Assembly (NCBI GenBank): GCA_012026655.1
Contig: JAAILG010000198.1
Coordinates: forward strand, 62,001-126,000
Length of the DNA: 64,000 nt
DNA from: Hydrolagus affinis
Lineage: Eukaryota
Direction: 5' to 3'
Every line of letters starts with the position of its first letter. Positions within the stretch are counted from its first letter, which is position 1. Position numbers and translations under genes: made by a program. Under the pieces are notes generated by a model. The model saw nothing but the letters and a program-made list of their open reading frames with translations. It was not told the DNA's origin and did no database searches. Shown here one piece after another: positions 1 through 13,802 of the stretch.

Positions 1-2352
1 ACGAGTTCGTGAATCTCGACTGACTTACCTGAGGAAAGCCAGTGTGGATTGGAGGTCTGTTTGCATGGCTGGAGTGGAGGTGTGTTTGCAGATTTCAAGA
101 TGCCTTCTGGTAGGCTGGCGAACAATATGTTATTAATGACACTATGGAGGTTCTACAATTTGGACCACCTGACTTTCCATTCTACAAACAGCACAGATAA
201 ATTGGGAAGCCAATGGAAACATTTCTGTAAATACTTCACCAGACATCTACTAACATCCCAGTAATCAATTGCATTAGAAGTCTATGAAGTAGAAGTTTTG
301 CAAACCATTGTAAACAGAAGTTTGAATTTGATGTTCACACTAAATTATATGGCATAGCAAAATGTACCAAGAATTAGAATATAATGAAAGAATTTACAAA
401 GGCTTAGATTCTGGGCAATTGTCATTCAATACCGACTAATGTAATGTAACGCTGTAAATTAGATTGCTCAGACATGCTTATAACCATGCTGATGATAGGG
501 AAGCCAGTTCTCATGTAATAATTGACACACCATTGAAGAGATCTTCACATTTAAGTCAACAGGATATTGGAGGATATACTGTGAAGCATGGGATCAACAA
601 TGATTTCATCAGAGCAATTTAATCTGAAGCCCGATCTTTAAAAATTGTTTTCAATTAGTTTGAGTACAATGGGTGAAATGTTCTTTTCTTGTTTCCATTA
701 ATGTTCCTGGAGTGATTCATTGAGACCGGAGAAAAGTGACGTTTGTTTTCAATCAACAGTGTAACGTGCAGAGTTGTAACCTGACTTAAAAATTAGCAGG
801 GACAACAATGTAAAATCATCTGCGTACAAGTAAAGGAACAGTCTACATTTTTTAGTGCAACTTCCAGCTGTGATACTTATCTCAATTGGCAGCAATGGTA
901 GCTACAGTGCTCGATGTTCACATCAATACAGAGTTATAAATGAATAGTATTGCAAGAGAGCCATATTAACTGTAATCTGTACTTGGGTATATATCATTTT
1001 TCACGAGAAAATTTCCATGCCATACTAATTCAGTAAAATACAAGATATTTTCACCAAACTCAGCGACACACATTAATTTCTGTCTACAGGTTACATTGAT
1101 CCAGGTACAATTGCATTAGCATTCATTTCTATATATGGTTTTAAGGACACTGAATTCCTGTTTACAGCAAAACTGCAATACAAGTGATTTAGAGTTACTT
1201 AGCACTCTTTTGTTGTGTAGCCCATGCCATTAATCATTTATTAAGAACTCACAGTCTTATAATAAAGACTCGGAATGTGTTAATGGACGATTTATACCAG
1301 GTGAGAATAAAATGATATATATTGTCCTTCAATTTCAAAGGAACAGATTGTTATTTTCCAAATGAGATGCCTAATTGGAAGGTACCCAAAAAGTCTGTTT
1401 TTATTTTTAAAAATCCTTATACTGTATATGTATATATTTAGATCTGTAATGCGCAACCTCAGTTTTGCTAAACTGCAGGCCTATTTAAAATAATAATTCC
1501 TTGAAAAATTGTGAAAGGATTTAGTTTCCATGGAATTTATGTGTATGGATTCTGTCTGAATAAAAGAGATGATTTTACAAGGGGCGCACAGAGCGAGAAA
1601 GGTGAGTCCAAAGGAGAAGTGCTTATAGCTATGCTCACATAACAATTATTTTACCATGTTTAAAACACAGTAAATGTTACTGAAGGGTCAAATATCAATA
1701 CGACCTCCCCAGCACCAGAAATGGTCACACAGCAATTGTACTACCAGAGAGTGCAAATGTAGTGAGCTTTGCAGGCAGATATTTACATCAGAAAAGCATA
1801 TTTAACCAGTTTCCCTGCCTTCAGCCAGATACGCTTGTGAACAAAGTTGTATGGACAAACTGGCATGAAGATCCCAGTCCCATTTAAACAGAATCGACAG
1901 CCAATCCACTTTTCCAATACAGTATATTCTGTGAAGCAGTTTTAGATGTCTCAATGACGCGATAAGGCATGATATCAAATGCACGGGTTATTTAGATTAC
2001 TTTTCTAAACATTCTGAATGTGAGATATTCTAAAAAGTGAGTGGGCACCCCCCCAAAGGTCAGGGAGAATCTGTGCTCGTGAATCTTTCAACATTAGTTG
2101 TGGATGCAATGGAGCAGGTCATTCACTGGGGCTCTCAACCTATGAATCGCCTTGGGTAATTAAAATCCAATAAATAGCTTGTATTTTAACAGAGCTATCT
2201 TGGCGGTCATTATACTATTGTACATGTTGCTTTTATAAAGGGTCTCAACCTGTCCACCTCTCAAATGGGGAACAAACATATAAATATAGTTCTGCTCTTT
2301 AATCACTTTCCATGGCAGTAAATTTTGGCAGGCAATTAAATGTTCTTTTTTG

Positions 2353-2690
2353 TGTGCCAGTCTGGCTCAGTTGGTAGCACTCTCGCCTCCAAGGTTGTGG
2401 CTTCAAGCCCCATGTAATACGGCTGTAGTTGTGGAGGTGGGGGGGGGTGGGGGGTGGGGGGTGAGGGTTAGAAGGGGTACTGTCTTCTTGATGCAAATCT
2501 GAACCAAAGTCCATGTCTGTCTATGGAGGTAGACATTAGGGATCCATCAACACCATATGAAAAGGAAAGGGAATTAGTTCCACTATCATACCCAACAGTA
2601 CTCTAAATTAATCATCTATTTATGCGATGGCTGTTTGTTGGACCTGACATAAGTGTACTGTACACCTACAAAATCAGTCAGTGAACAATT
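2353..2690 (+). mobile_element. Old tRNA-headed DeuSINE (SacSINE1/AmnSINE1-related), diverged
   Basis: A-box tggctcagttggtagcactctcgcc and B-box-like gcttcaagccc. The body resembles the remembered Deu domain (gtactgtctt..gatg..aacc..gtctgtc..ggtagac..gatcc..tggctgtttg). Confidence 0.55.
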
Positions 2691-2941
2691 TTTACATAGC
2701 TTTCTATCATCTAACCTGACTGGCACGTCAATTAAACATACAACTCTGCAGTCCCACCAGAATCTCTGAAATCCATCGTAGGTCAGGTCACTGCACTCAG
2801 GAAACTGATTGAAACAACCCCAAAGAGCAAATTAAAAGCAGACATAGTCATATCAGAAGGTGTTCATTAGGTAGCTTATTTTTAAGTTGCAAACAAAAGA
2901 AAAATGTACCTGGCAGCAGCTCTTTCATATGCATCTTACTT

Positions 2942-3034
2942 ATAATAATAATCCTTGCATTTGATATAGTGCTTTTCAGGTCTTCTAGACGTCTCAAAAT
3001 ATACTGTAAAGTGAGTTGTCTGTACATTTGTGGG
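2942..3034 (-). mobile_element. SINE 3' tail fragment (family A)
   Basis: aataataatccttgcatttgatatag...gacgtctcaaa...tactgtaaagtg, shared with many copies in the window. Confidence 0.8.
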
Positions 3035-6000
3035 CTCCTTTAACAATTACTGGGTAATAGACATGGGAGAACAACTTTCACTTGAGCACACGGTGTAGTT
3101 TTCTTTAAACAGTGTATTATAGCCACATACTATTTGCAGTTTTAACATCTTGTGATTGGGAATGGGTACATTTTTTATTTTCCAAGATCTAAGGTTCCTG
3201 ACTTGGAACAGTGCCATGTCTGACAAACTAATGAAGTTCCTTCTAAAGAATAGTCAAACATCTCCTGTGAGGAGTTGTGAGGATCTAAGGTTCTAATCCA
3301 TCGGGATTAGTCATCAAAACGCCGACCCCGAGTCACGTATCTGCGCAGCACGGAATCTCTGGGGCTGTGACTGCAGTGGAGAATGGGCTCTCGCGTTGTG
3401 CTTTGGAACGAGGTACATTTGCTCACGCCAGGTTCATTGATTCCACTGAGGGGTTATACTGCAATATCTACAAGACCACAATCGTTGTTTGATGGTATAA
3501 AATAAAATCTACGCTTAAATGTTGTGCTACCCTTGTTCTTCAGTCTTTTGGGCTGATATTGATACATCTCTGAGAAAGTAACAGAAGTGCAGCGCTTTCC
3601 TGTTTGAATTCCTAAAGATGACTCACCTTGATCCTGTTCTTTTTAAAAGGGTCTTTGAAATATTATTTTGATAATCAAGTTTGTCTTTGTGTTTGGGCCT
3701 AAGTCAGCCCATGTGGCCCAGCCATTGTTGGCACATGATTCTCAGCATATCAGATCCACACAAAAACTATTTGGAAGCAGGATCATTTTCAGTTCCACGA
3801 GTTGCTGATGGAAATCAATAGAAACCAAAGGCTGGTGAAATGATCTCAACTGACCAAACCCTCCCAAACAGAAGGGAGAGTGATCAAGAACGAGACTTGG
3901 TAAAAAAAAAACGTGCTCAAGAATGGCCTGTTTTAACTCATTTACTCGCGTCCATTAATTGTGATGTCGATCAGCGCAGCTCACCACCCACTTTACATGG
4001 CTCCAACCGGGTTGCCATGTGGTTGGTGTCTTCCCAGGCCCACTACTTTACAATGGGAATGCCGCCAAATGGCATTTGTAGTAGTAAACGAGTTCAGAAG
4101 AAAGTGCGCTTATCAAGAGCTGATCTTCAAAGGGTTCCACTGTAATTAGGAACCACATTTGATTAGTGGTGAACCATGTGGGCATAATAAGTACCACAGA
4201 CTCCAGTCTGACAGCAGCCAATGGTACCAGACACACCCACATGATTGATGGGCAGTTCAGTGGTAAACAAATACAACAAAATTTACATTGATATAGCTCA
4301 GTGAATCAGCGGAATGGGAAGCTCATTTGTTTTTTTACAATTAAAGCTTTCTTGGGACATACTTCAGAAGAAAGCACTTTGTTTTTAAAAAAAACAGGAG
4401 CCCTGTCCTGTTAAAGGGACCCTGTTATCCAGGATATTGTCTGAAACACTACGAAAAAAAAGGCGTTTTGCTGCGATTCAAAAATGCCAAACATTTAAAT
4501 TAATTTAAAAACTGACTAGCTAGTCATGAAAGTTACAAATTTGCACTGTTGCGATATTGGCATCTGCTGTAACGCAGATCTTTGCCAGGGTCTGACATGT
4601 TATAAGAGTCAACTCAATTCATGGCCTTTCCAGGGTCTCAGCCCATTCAAAAAAAAATTCTCCTCCAATATGGCAACAATCCTCTTTTAACATCAAGGGA
4701 AGGTTTCCAGAGCTGCCCTTTTTGGTAAGTAATTGCAACCATTTTGTATAAGAAGTAGAGAAATGATAAAGCAAGAAATTGCTTCACTGTGTATTTCGTA
4801 ATTGCTATCATGTTGAAATAATTATGGTAAATGCATTGTCGAACAGACATTTTAAATAGTCCTGACATGAACAGGATCTCAAATAAAACGTTGGTTGAAG
4901 CCTGTAAGCCTCCTAGCCAGGTGCATTGCACATTAGCTGAGGAAGGGGAGGACAAGGTACCTGGCTGTCAATAATTGCAGGGAAAAATATCATTTGCTTG
5001 CACTATTTTCTCCAGCTGATTGATGCACATGGACATTGGAGGCGTCTTCACCTGACACTATTGCACTTGTTCCCTATGAACAGCAAGAGGTTGAAGAAAT
5101 GGTCACGGTCTGAACAGAACTGAACAGCATAGTATACAATTGCACAGGTAGGTAGGGCTCTATTCTAATCCCAGTAATATCCTTGGTTTCATGGAAAGCC
5201 AAAGCCTGGAATTTCTCTTCAATCTCACGTCAGGGACCAACTAAACAGAGTAAGGGTTGTCCTGCACAGGATTTTCTTAATGGCAGAGACTCACGGAGAT
5301 GACCTCTTTTCTGTGCTGCAAGTATCTATGGTTCTATTAAAGCATCCATTAGGACGGTCAGAGGAATTTCCTCTCCATCGCTGCTGCTGCACAAGTTCTC
5401 CAGGTCTTTTCAGCTTTCTGTACCTCTCTTGGTCAACTCATGAGACATCCGTCCTTGTCACAGTTGCCTCTGGCTATTGTCACACTGCCTGATACACAAG
5501 CAAAAAAACCCTATCCAGCCCATCATTGCACACATCTTGTTTACTCTTTTAGTAAATCATTGAAATTCTTTACTCTTTGGAACCACAGAAATCCTGACCA
5601 GCAATCCACCAAAATAAAATTGTTCATCATCTTCGCCGTGGTTTGTGGGTTATTGCCATGTGTAAATTAGCTGTCGACAGTTGCAGTCACTGCAATCTAT
5701 TATTATAGGATATTGTACCAACATATTATACCAAAGAATCAATGTATTTGTACGTGTACATAATGAGGGAAAGCCTTATTTGAATCGGGAAACTGCCACC
5801 TGCTGTGTTTTTTTGGCAGTGACAAAATTGTCGGTCAAAGCCCTATTCTAGATGACTTAAAAAAAACTGTTTCGCACTTCAATAGGGGGAATATTCTTTA
5901 TTTTTCCAGGTAGTTTTGTAACCAGCTACAGTATTTTGGTTTAGGCTTTTAGCTTTTGAATCCCTAATTCTTGTTTTCCTTCATGTAATTCTTTAACACA

Positions 6001-6169
6001 AGTATCATGCTCTCGGGCCCTAGAGAACATGGCTTTCTGCCACAGTGGGTTTTTGCACACCATTTTGCTTCTGTTATTGTTCTTGAGCCATTAACAAAGT
6101 CCAATTCTTTCATTTCCTGTTAACTGTTTGAATTGCATGATTACATCTAACAAAGTTAATCAAATCCCA

Positions 6170-6380
6170 GCTTACATCTTAGGGCATCAACTAGAAGTTA
6201 AAAGAAGTTATTTTGACCCTGCAAAGGTCACTGCTGAGGCCACATTGGGCATCCTACATCAAAAGGACATTGAAACGTTGGAGAGGGTTCAGAGAATAAG
6301 GATGAGCTCTGTTTATGAGGAAAGGTTCATAGACCGGAACTTGGGGATTATCCAGGTCTCTAACATGCTGAGAGGCAGGA
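6170..6380 (+). mobile_element. CR1-type LINE ORF2 C-terminal fragment, degenerate
   Basis: Translation KDIETLERVQR...YEER...IQVSNMLRG resembles the CR1 motif KDIxxLERVQRR...YEERL...KMLRG. Confidence 0.65.
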
Positions 6381-6774
6381 ATGACGTAAAAATAAGTACA
6401 GTAGGAGATTTCACTTACACTGCAAGAGCGAAACGAGAGAACACAGATTTAAATATGATTTGATACATATCTACCACTTACAGTAGTTCTGTAAGTTGCT
6501 TAAAGTTGCACGAGTCTAAAAGGGCTACCTACTATTTCGTATGGTATTTTCTACATAAAAGCTCAAATAATCGGATATCCTTCATGTATAAATAACTGAT
6601 TTGCACAAGGATTTGCACTTCCCATACATTCTCGCCCTTTACATTTACATTGCATGCCAATTAGTTGGGGATGTAACCAGTACAAGTTAGCATGAGAACT
6701 TTGGAATGTGTCACTCTGCAATCAATGGAGCAATAAACTCAACTGAGAGTTACACTATTTTAGTGTTTTTGGTG

Positions 6775-6832
6775 TGTTGAACTCAGTCCTAATTTCTAAT
6801 TTCAGTGTTGAACTCAGTGCTAATTTCAGTGC
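6775..6832. repeat. Short imperfect tandem duplication (gtgttgaactcagt.ctaatttc x2)
   Basis: Direct repeat seen in the sequence just upstream of a SINE. Confidence 0.7.
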
Positions 6833-6855
6833 TTTCATTTGTAGACATTATATTT

Positions 6856-7170
6856 GTGGAATCCTGTAGCTCAGTGGTTAGAGCATTCATTCACCTTACA
6901 AGCAAGAGAGCTGGTTTCAATTCTGCGCAGGTCAAAACCTTGCAAAAGTTTCCTTACTCCGCATGCCATAATTCCTCAAAAAAAACGCAATATATTGTCC
7001 ATCTCAAATCACAACCGTGTGAGGGACACTGCTGTGCACAATTGGCTGCCACGTCTTGCCAACAAAATATACAATCATCCCACTTTACAGTATATTTTAT
7101 GAAGCACTTTGAGACGTCTAGAAGATGTGAAAATCATTGTATCAAATGCAAGGATTATTATTATTGTTAT
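6856..7170 (+). mobile_element. Full-length tRNA-derived SINE (family A; Deu 3' segment plus L2-like tail)
   Basis: A-box tagctcagtggttagagc, B-box-like ggtttcaattc, central gctgtgcacaattggctgccacgt, tail gaagcactttgagacgtc...atcaaatgcaaggattattatt. Confidence 0.88.
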
Positions 7171-7782
7171 TTCATTCTTTCAGAAACATTAATTCCCAAG
7201 TACTGTATTTAAAACAGATTATTTAAATGACAATCCCATTTAAACATATAGAAATCATAGGACTCAACAGATACAATTAAGCGGCAGGTCATGTAACAGG
7301 ATTTTGCTGCAATTTTGAGATGTTTGCAGGATAATAACAGGTCCTTTTGGGCTACAGTTAGGAGCCAGTGAAAAAACAAGTCCCACAGATGTCAAGAGAT
7401 GAAAGGAGGAAGATGATTGTTAAAAGAGAAGAGGTTCTGGGTCAATTGAAAGATGATTTAAGCAGCTTTTAAACATGGACAATGGAAATAACAGGTTTGA
7501 CATCTGGATTCTATGAACGATACAGTACAGGAATCAGTTTGAAGTTATATCTATACCTGGAGTGAGGCTCACCTTAATTCATGACAGATATGGTTTGCAA
7601 GTAAAATATGCAGTTCAGTCTCACATATGGAACATTGTATGCCAGTCACTACAGTACTATTAAAGATGAATGTTTAAAAAAAAAATTTGCATGATTTTAC
7701 TTACATTCTTGTTCAGAGTCAGTTTTCAGGAACCCATACTCCGAGATGTGATGTTGGCAAATATAAACAACGCGTCAGTATA

Positions 7783-8130
7783 CAACAGAAACCATTTACA
7801 TAGCTCCTTTCACATCAGGAGGGCGTCTTAAAGCGTTTCACCACAGATGACGGGGAGTCCCAACTGGGGGAGGGGTGAAAGGTGGGGAAAAGTTGAAAAG
7901 ATATGTCAAAAGGTGGGTTTCGCAGGCGGGGGGACTCTAGGATAGAGTTCCAGAGAACAGGAAATGAATGGCTGAAAGCTCGCCCACCCATGGTGGATGG
8001 GTCAGTTAGGAACATTAAGCAGGCTGGTGTTTGCTGCAGGGTTGGGCTCTAGAGGCCATGGAGTTATTTGAATACTAGGATGAGGATCTTGAATCCAATC
8101 CCCTGGAGGAAGGGGAGCCAGTGGGTGAGA
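7783..8130 (-). mobile_element. L2-type LINE 3' end
   Basis: Minus-strand translation gives HWLP..GIGFKILILVFK and STMGGRAFSHSFPVLWNS, both L2 ORF2 C-terminal motifs. The 3' tail resembles the SINE tail. Confidence 0.75.
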
Positions 8131-9380
8131 CATGTGCAAAGGTAACAGGTTGCTATCACGCAATTTGTTTTTCAATTATAACAGCAGTTATGTGAATACG
8201 GACATTACCAATGCGGAGACGAAGTTTTGTGCAAGAGCCTATTCACGTAAGTGGTGGAGGGTTGGGAGTAGACTCTGGCTGTGTATGAGCTGGAGTCCAG
8301 CTTGTAACACCACATGCCTTCATTGTGTGGGTAGTGAGATTTTGCTTTCTTTCTGCTTGCAGGCTGAAGTCATTGTAGACAGGTTTCCAAGTCAAATAGG
8401 TCCCAGGTGGGATATATTATTTGAACTGCTTGATTGCAACAAAATCTTGAAACTCAGTAACTAACCAGTATAGTATGAAGAGCCCACTAATTCTGCCAAA
8501 TGGCAGTGTGTATTAATGCTCGGATTAGGAATTGGATACCCTCATAATCTGGGGTCAGCCATAGTTGCACATTATTACTCTTGCTACCTGTGAGTTGATA
8601 AAATAATCGGATGCTATGCATTTCAAAAGCAACTCTTTATCAACAATTTATCTCATGCAGTCAATATGAAACTTGCTGCAAAGAAAGGCTACCAGTGAAT
8701 GGTTCTGCAGGCGGTGGATCTAAACAAACAACTCTTTCTTAGTGAATTCTGCTTCAGGTTCTCATCTCTATCCAACCAGCTCTGGATCTGCATGTTGTTA
8801 TTATTTTTGAAAGATTAGCTTTTGCAGGTTAGAGGAGCAGGAGATCTCAGACCACAAGCTGCCAGAAGAGCAAACATACCATACCTGTAAGCAATTACTA
8901 TTATGGATAGAAACCCATGGGGATAGAGCTCTTTTCGGAGGGCAGAGATGTGACTTAATATTAACTCTGAACTTTATAATTTCAGAACAAAGTGATGGAG
9001 AGATAATAGGATATTGGAAATTTTCTCCACACAAACTAAATACCTTTTGTAATTTGAATTTGTGAGTTAGGAGCAATTTGTTCTTTTGTGAAATGTTACT
9101 TGAAGCTTGAAAGTAAATCCAGATGGGGGTGAATCCAATGTTATCCTGGAAGATCTGTTAAAGTGAATCTCATTGCACTGGGAATGTCCCACTAGCGTTC
9201 TCATGGGAGCAAAGAACATCAAACTAAAGCTCATCAGGCAAAAGGTGTGGCGAGGAACAATGAGTGCACCCATTAACCAATAGTTTAACCCAATCCACTA
9301 TCAATTCATTGGGACTCTGGAAAGAAGGACGAAAAGTGGATCAATGGCTTGTTCAGTTCACATTCAGCACGTTTCAGGAC

Positions 9381-9579
9381 ATAATAATAATCCTTGCATT
9401 TGATGTAGAGCTTTTCACATCTTATCGACGTCCCAAAGCGCTTCACAGAATATACTGTAAGGTGAATTGACTGTACACTTGTGGGCGAATCACGGTATCC
9501 AATTGCACACAGCAGTGTCCCACAAACAGTCGTGGATTGAAATGACCAATTTTATTATTGTGTTTTTTTTGGACAGATA
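9381..9579 (-). mobile_element. SINE family A, 5'-truncated
   Basis: Tail plus ccaattgcacacagcagtgtcccacaaacagtcgtggattgaaatgacc, closely similar to the copy at 53693. Confidence 0.88.
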
Positions 9580-11819
9580 AAGGAGATGTGGAGATGGCAG
9601 CTACTTTTATTTAGCTACTTTTATGTAAATACATTTACATATGTATTTAGCTTGAAAAGAATGAACGATAATGTATTTATTTACCCTCACAGGGTACAGA
9701 GATTAGGATACATGACCTTCAATTAGTTTTTACTGGAGTTGCTTCTATGAACTGACCTGGACAACAGCGCAGAAAGCGGTTGGAAGAGAGGTTGATGAGA
9801 ATTGAAATGCTACATAGTACTGTACTAATAAATAAGGAGGGTGAAGGAGCAATCAATGTCATTCAAAATGTAGGGTTCAAGGCTATAGTTGCAAGTTGAC
9901 CCACCTTTAAGCAGCTGAACTTCTTGTACTCTCCAGTCTTATGTAACAGTGGATCTGTCAGCAAAAGGTGTTGGGAACCCTTCTTAATTTATTGACAGCC
10001 TTTCTCCTATCATTATATGAAATTGGTAATGCAGAAAATATATGCCTGTAGCACTGTCTGCTTGCCTAAGGTTATTTTAGTCCTTGGCACATCACTAATG
10101 TGCTCTCACCCTCCCTTGGCACTGGGAGAACATGCCAAGAGTTGTCAAAACACTTTCACAATTACTGATAGGTCCGGAGAAAGTGTTATTCCAAATGAGC
10201 AAATGGATTCTCAGTTCAACGCGTTTCATCAACCCCCCCCACACTCCCAAAAAGTATGGTAAGGTCACAAGAGAAGTGCACAGTGCAAGTTTACACAATT
10301 ACAAAAGAAAGAGGAAAGGAAGACTCTATTGGATTTTAGTTCGTTTTGCTTACTGCCCGATTGCTCATTAAGACCGTAAAAGTTGAATTTGGAAAGGAAT
10401 CCAGACTAACGTCTGGAAATAGCACAAATGAGAAGTTAATGGCAATCGTATGGTCAGAGCAGGCAGAAGCAATGGTGAAATAGGATTAGTACTAAGTAGT
10501 ATACTAAACCTAGCTACGCAAACTGCAAAAAAAAATGCAGCTTCTTTTGCTTCAGGCATGTGAAACATTTACCCAATTCTTAATTACTAAACTGAATCAT
10601 GAAGCTAATACAGATCATGAGGACTTGCACGGAGTCATATCTACTGTAAAATGGGCATCATATGAAAGGGGCAAAAATATGGTGGAAACCATAGATGAAA
10701 TAGCAAACTGTCATGCAATAATATGTGTGTGCAGTTCAGTGAGAGAATAAGGAAATCTCAGACAACTAATAGACATTCTAGATTTGTTCTTCAAACGACT
10801 GCACGAGTCAAATCTTCACTGAAATATCCTTTGAATTACACTGCTACTATTAAACCATATCTTACCATATTGTGATCAACATGCCAATGCCACCGACTCC
10901 TTTCAGCATTGAGACAGTTACATTCACTCAAAAGAGGTTTGAGTTGGTGAGAAGATAACTGTAATACAACCTTCACCATCCTTTGATTTCCCTTGGCCAC
11001 AGCCAAGGCAACAGTTGTAGATTTTCTATTTGTGTGAGACACAGAGAGATTTTGAGCGAGTGAATCAATTAGGCACCCAGATGCACCTTGTGATACCCGT
11101 CTCCCTTCAGTGTGCCAGAAGCCATAAGGATACATGGGCTCCATAATTTTCCAGACATTAAATTCGTGATCAGACTGAAACCAACAACGGGGAGGAAAGA
11201 ATTACATTTACATCCTATGATGTGGGGTAAGTATGTCTGTCTGTAGGTGTGTATGTGGAAGTAGTGTGTATGTGTGTGTGGGGGGTGGGGGGGGTGCAGA
11301 ACTGAAGGAAGTAAAAAAAAAACTTCAAAAGTTGGCAAACATGGTGCCCCCCATGTATGTGACTTTGTGGAGGTGGCATATGCACTGTGAGAAATGTAAT
11401 ATTGGACAGAGGTAGCACCAGTTATGTTATTGGAATTAAGACTGTAACATTGTCATACCAGAGTGGCAGTTGAGGAAACCTGTTTAAACTGTGCCCAAGG
11501 CAGTAATATGTTAGTCTCAGCTTTTTAAAAACTGTTAACTTATACGTTAATGTTAATGTAATCCACGTTCGATCATTATCAATGCCTCAGTTGTGGTTAT
11601 TTTGGAGGGGACAGACTGGAGCCAGTATTAATCTGGCAATAACACATTTGGAGATAGTGAAACTCACATCCAGATTCCAAAAAGGCATTATTGATGGAAG
11701 CGTTTGTTCTTTGCCAATCAGAGGCAATCTTTATTAATATCAGAAGCTTAATTATGCAAGAATATAGATTAGATTTTAAAATATCCACTGAAGTGAAGGA
11801 ACCTATTGTTCTGATTTGA

Positions 11820-12065
11820 GTCAGTCAGGCTTCCTGAACATGGCTGCCATGACCAGGCCTTCAAAGCAACAATCTTTTAACCATGCATAGCCCTGACAGC
11901 TTTCCAATCTAAGAGTATCTTTATAACTCTCTCCTCGATTCTGCCCCACCTCAGTTGATTTACCAGCTAACACTATGACTTGGCTGAGTACATTTTCTCT
12001 ACAGATCAATTCCTCTCTCCACTACACAAACGTTGCTTTTTCTATGGCCATCTTATCCTCTACCT
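11820..12065 (-). mobile_element. CR1-type LINE 3' end remnant
   Basis: Degenerate similarity to the CR1 3' ends at 32580 and 48640. Confidence 0.4.
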
Positions 12066-12934
12066 GTGATCTCCCTCCTCCACTCTCATCATTTAATATG
12101 TTTATATCTTGTATCTTTTAATAAACATCTATTGTCACTTCATTTTTGAGGTTTACTATGCGGTTACTGTGGGTAAAAACTACTGACGTACTAGGTCGTT
12201 TATAATATGAATATTGCGATGTTTTAAGTTCTTTATTCACCCCATGAATTACAATACAATGCATACTTCTTTCCCACAGATCTCCTTTGTGAAAGGTTGT
12301 TTATTTTGAAGACTCTTCTCACTTAATTCAGTGATCACTGCACTCGACTACATCAGAAGTTAGGAATGAAAGGGACCAAAGGCACTGTAGTTTGACTCAA
12401 GATTATAGGATGTTTTAAGCATGTAATTTTGTCATGGACATGGTGAATCTCATAAAACTGAGAACACTGTGATTTTCCACTTTGCTACAGGTTTTTTTCT
12501 TCTTCAAATGGTATTTAAAGGCTTGAAAATCTACCTTGTCTGAGAGAGAGGCAGTGAGATGATGTTGCCTTCAATTTTAAGATGTTGCAGAATTGTAGAA
12601 GAAAAACTGTACAGAAGCCTTAATTGTTTGCTGTCCTTAAGAAAAAGGCTTCCAAATCAAGGCTGAATTTAAGAAATTTGCACATGCCTGTGTGACCTTA
12701 AATTGTAAGACTAAATGATCTTTCAGCTTAAGTCTGGGCAGAAATATCATGCTTTGGATGTTCAACTGTAGAGGTCACAGCTTGTCTGAAATAAATAATA
12801 CGGTTGAGAATTTCAGGTCAGCATGGTATAAAAAACCACAAAAAAAAGCAAAACTGTGTTCTTGTTCAAAAAACGTTTAAACTGCTTGACTGCAAGAAAT
12901 CACAGTATTTGCAAAAGAGTTTGGTGCCCTGCAC

Positions 12935-12940
12935 TTTATT
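12935..12940 (-). terminator. Candidate distal polyadenylation signal AATAAA
   Basis: tttatt on plus. Downstream in mRNA sense are U/GU-rich tracts (cgttttttg, gttttgctttttttgtggtttttt). Other AATAAA copies, e.g. 14580-14585, could be alternative sites. Confidence 0.5.
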
Positions 12941-13758
12941 CCGGGTCTACAAGATTGTTAACGGTGTGAGCAGCAGAAGATTGCTTTTAAATAGGGACTG
13001 TACCACACCATGAATTTTAACAATTTGTTGCCATGGCTCTGAAATTAATCAGAAAATCCAGTGGCAAAATTACATCATCCATCACATATATGCTCTTTTC
13101 CTCTGTTACCAGGATGTGCAGCTTTCTGGTTCTCGATTATTCCCACTCTTACACAATGAATTCCCATATAGCCACGTACATTTGTTTCTTGTTACTGGTC
13201 GCCAAGTCAGGTGAACTATTCACTAAACCCTTTCCTTCCACCATCACGTCACTCAATCGGAATGAAATCCGTTCAGCCCTTCTGTTTTCTTCGTCTGCGA
13301 GTCTTAAGCTAATAATGATGTCCACATGGTAAACACATGTAGTCCAACACATTATTACCACATGGAGATCAAAGGATTACTAGTTTCACAGAAGTTAGTC
13401 CGGTTTGATCAGCACTTGGTAAAACAACTAAAATCTTCTTCTACGTTTTTACTATGTGACAACTGCAACAGACATTCACTTTATCTTATTGATGATCACA
13501 AGCGTGGTTCAAATAGATAGTGCACCAGGCTTCGACTGGAACTTGGAGTGACTCGAGTATGAGTTTACGAAGTCTCGGCTTACTAAAAGTGAATTTCAGT
13601 CCGTGCATGAATTCTTGCATTGGAGCCCATGCTGCAGTATTGTACAAACCTAATGTGGCAGCTGCGCAGCACACTTGGCATGAGTACAGTGCCTGTCTTT
13701 AACCTCACAAATGTGCTGAACAACACAGCTGATTTCACACCAGCAGCAAGACCACCCG

Positions 13759-13802
13759 GAGAGAGAGAGAGAGAGAGAGAGCGAGAGCGAGAGAAAGAGA
13801 GA
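13759..13802. repeat. (GA)n microsatellite inside the 3'UTR
   Basis: gagagagagagagagagagagcgagagcgagagaaagagaga. Confidence 0.9.

Noticed and set aside
6805-7212. Recurrent peptides such as CIKCKDYYY and ISNARIIII in many ORFs
   Set aside because: Translations of the shared SINE tail, not a protein family.
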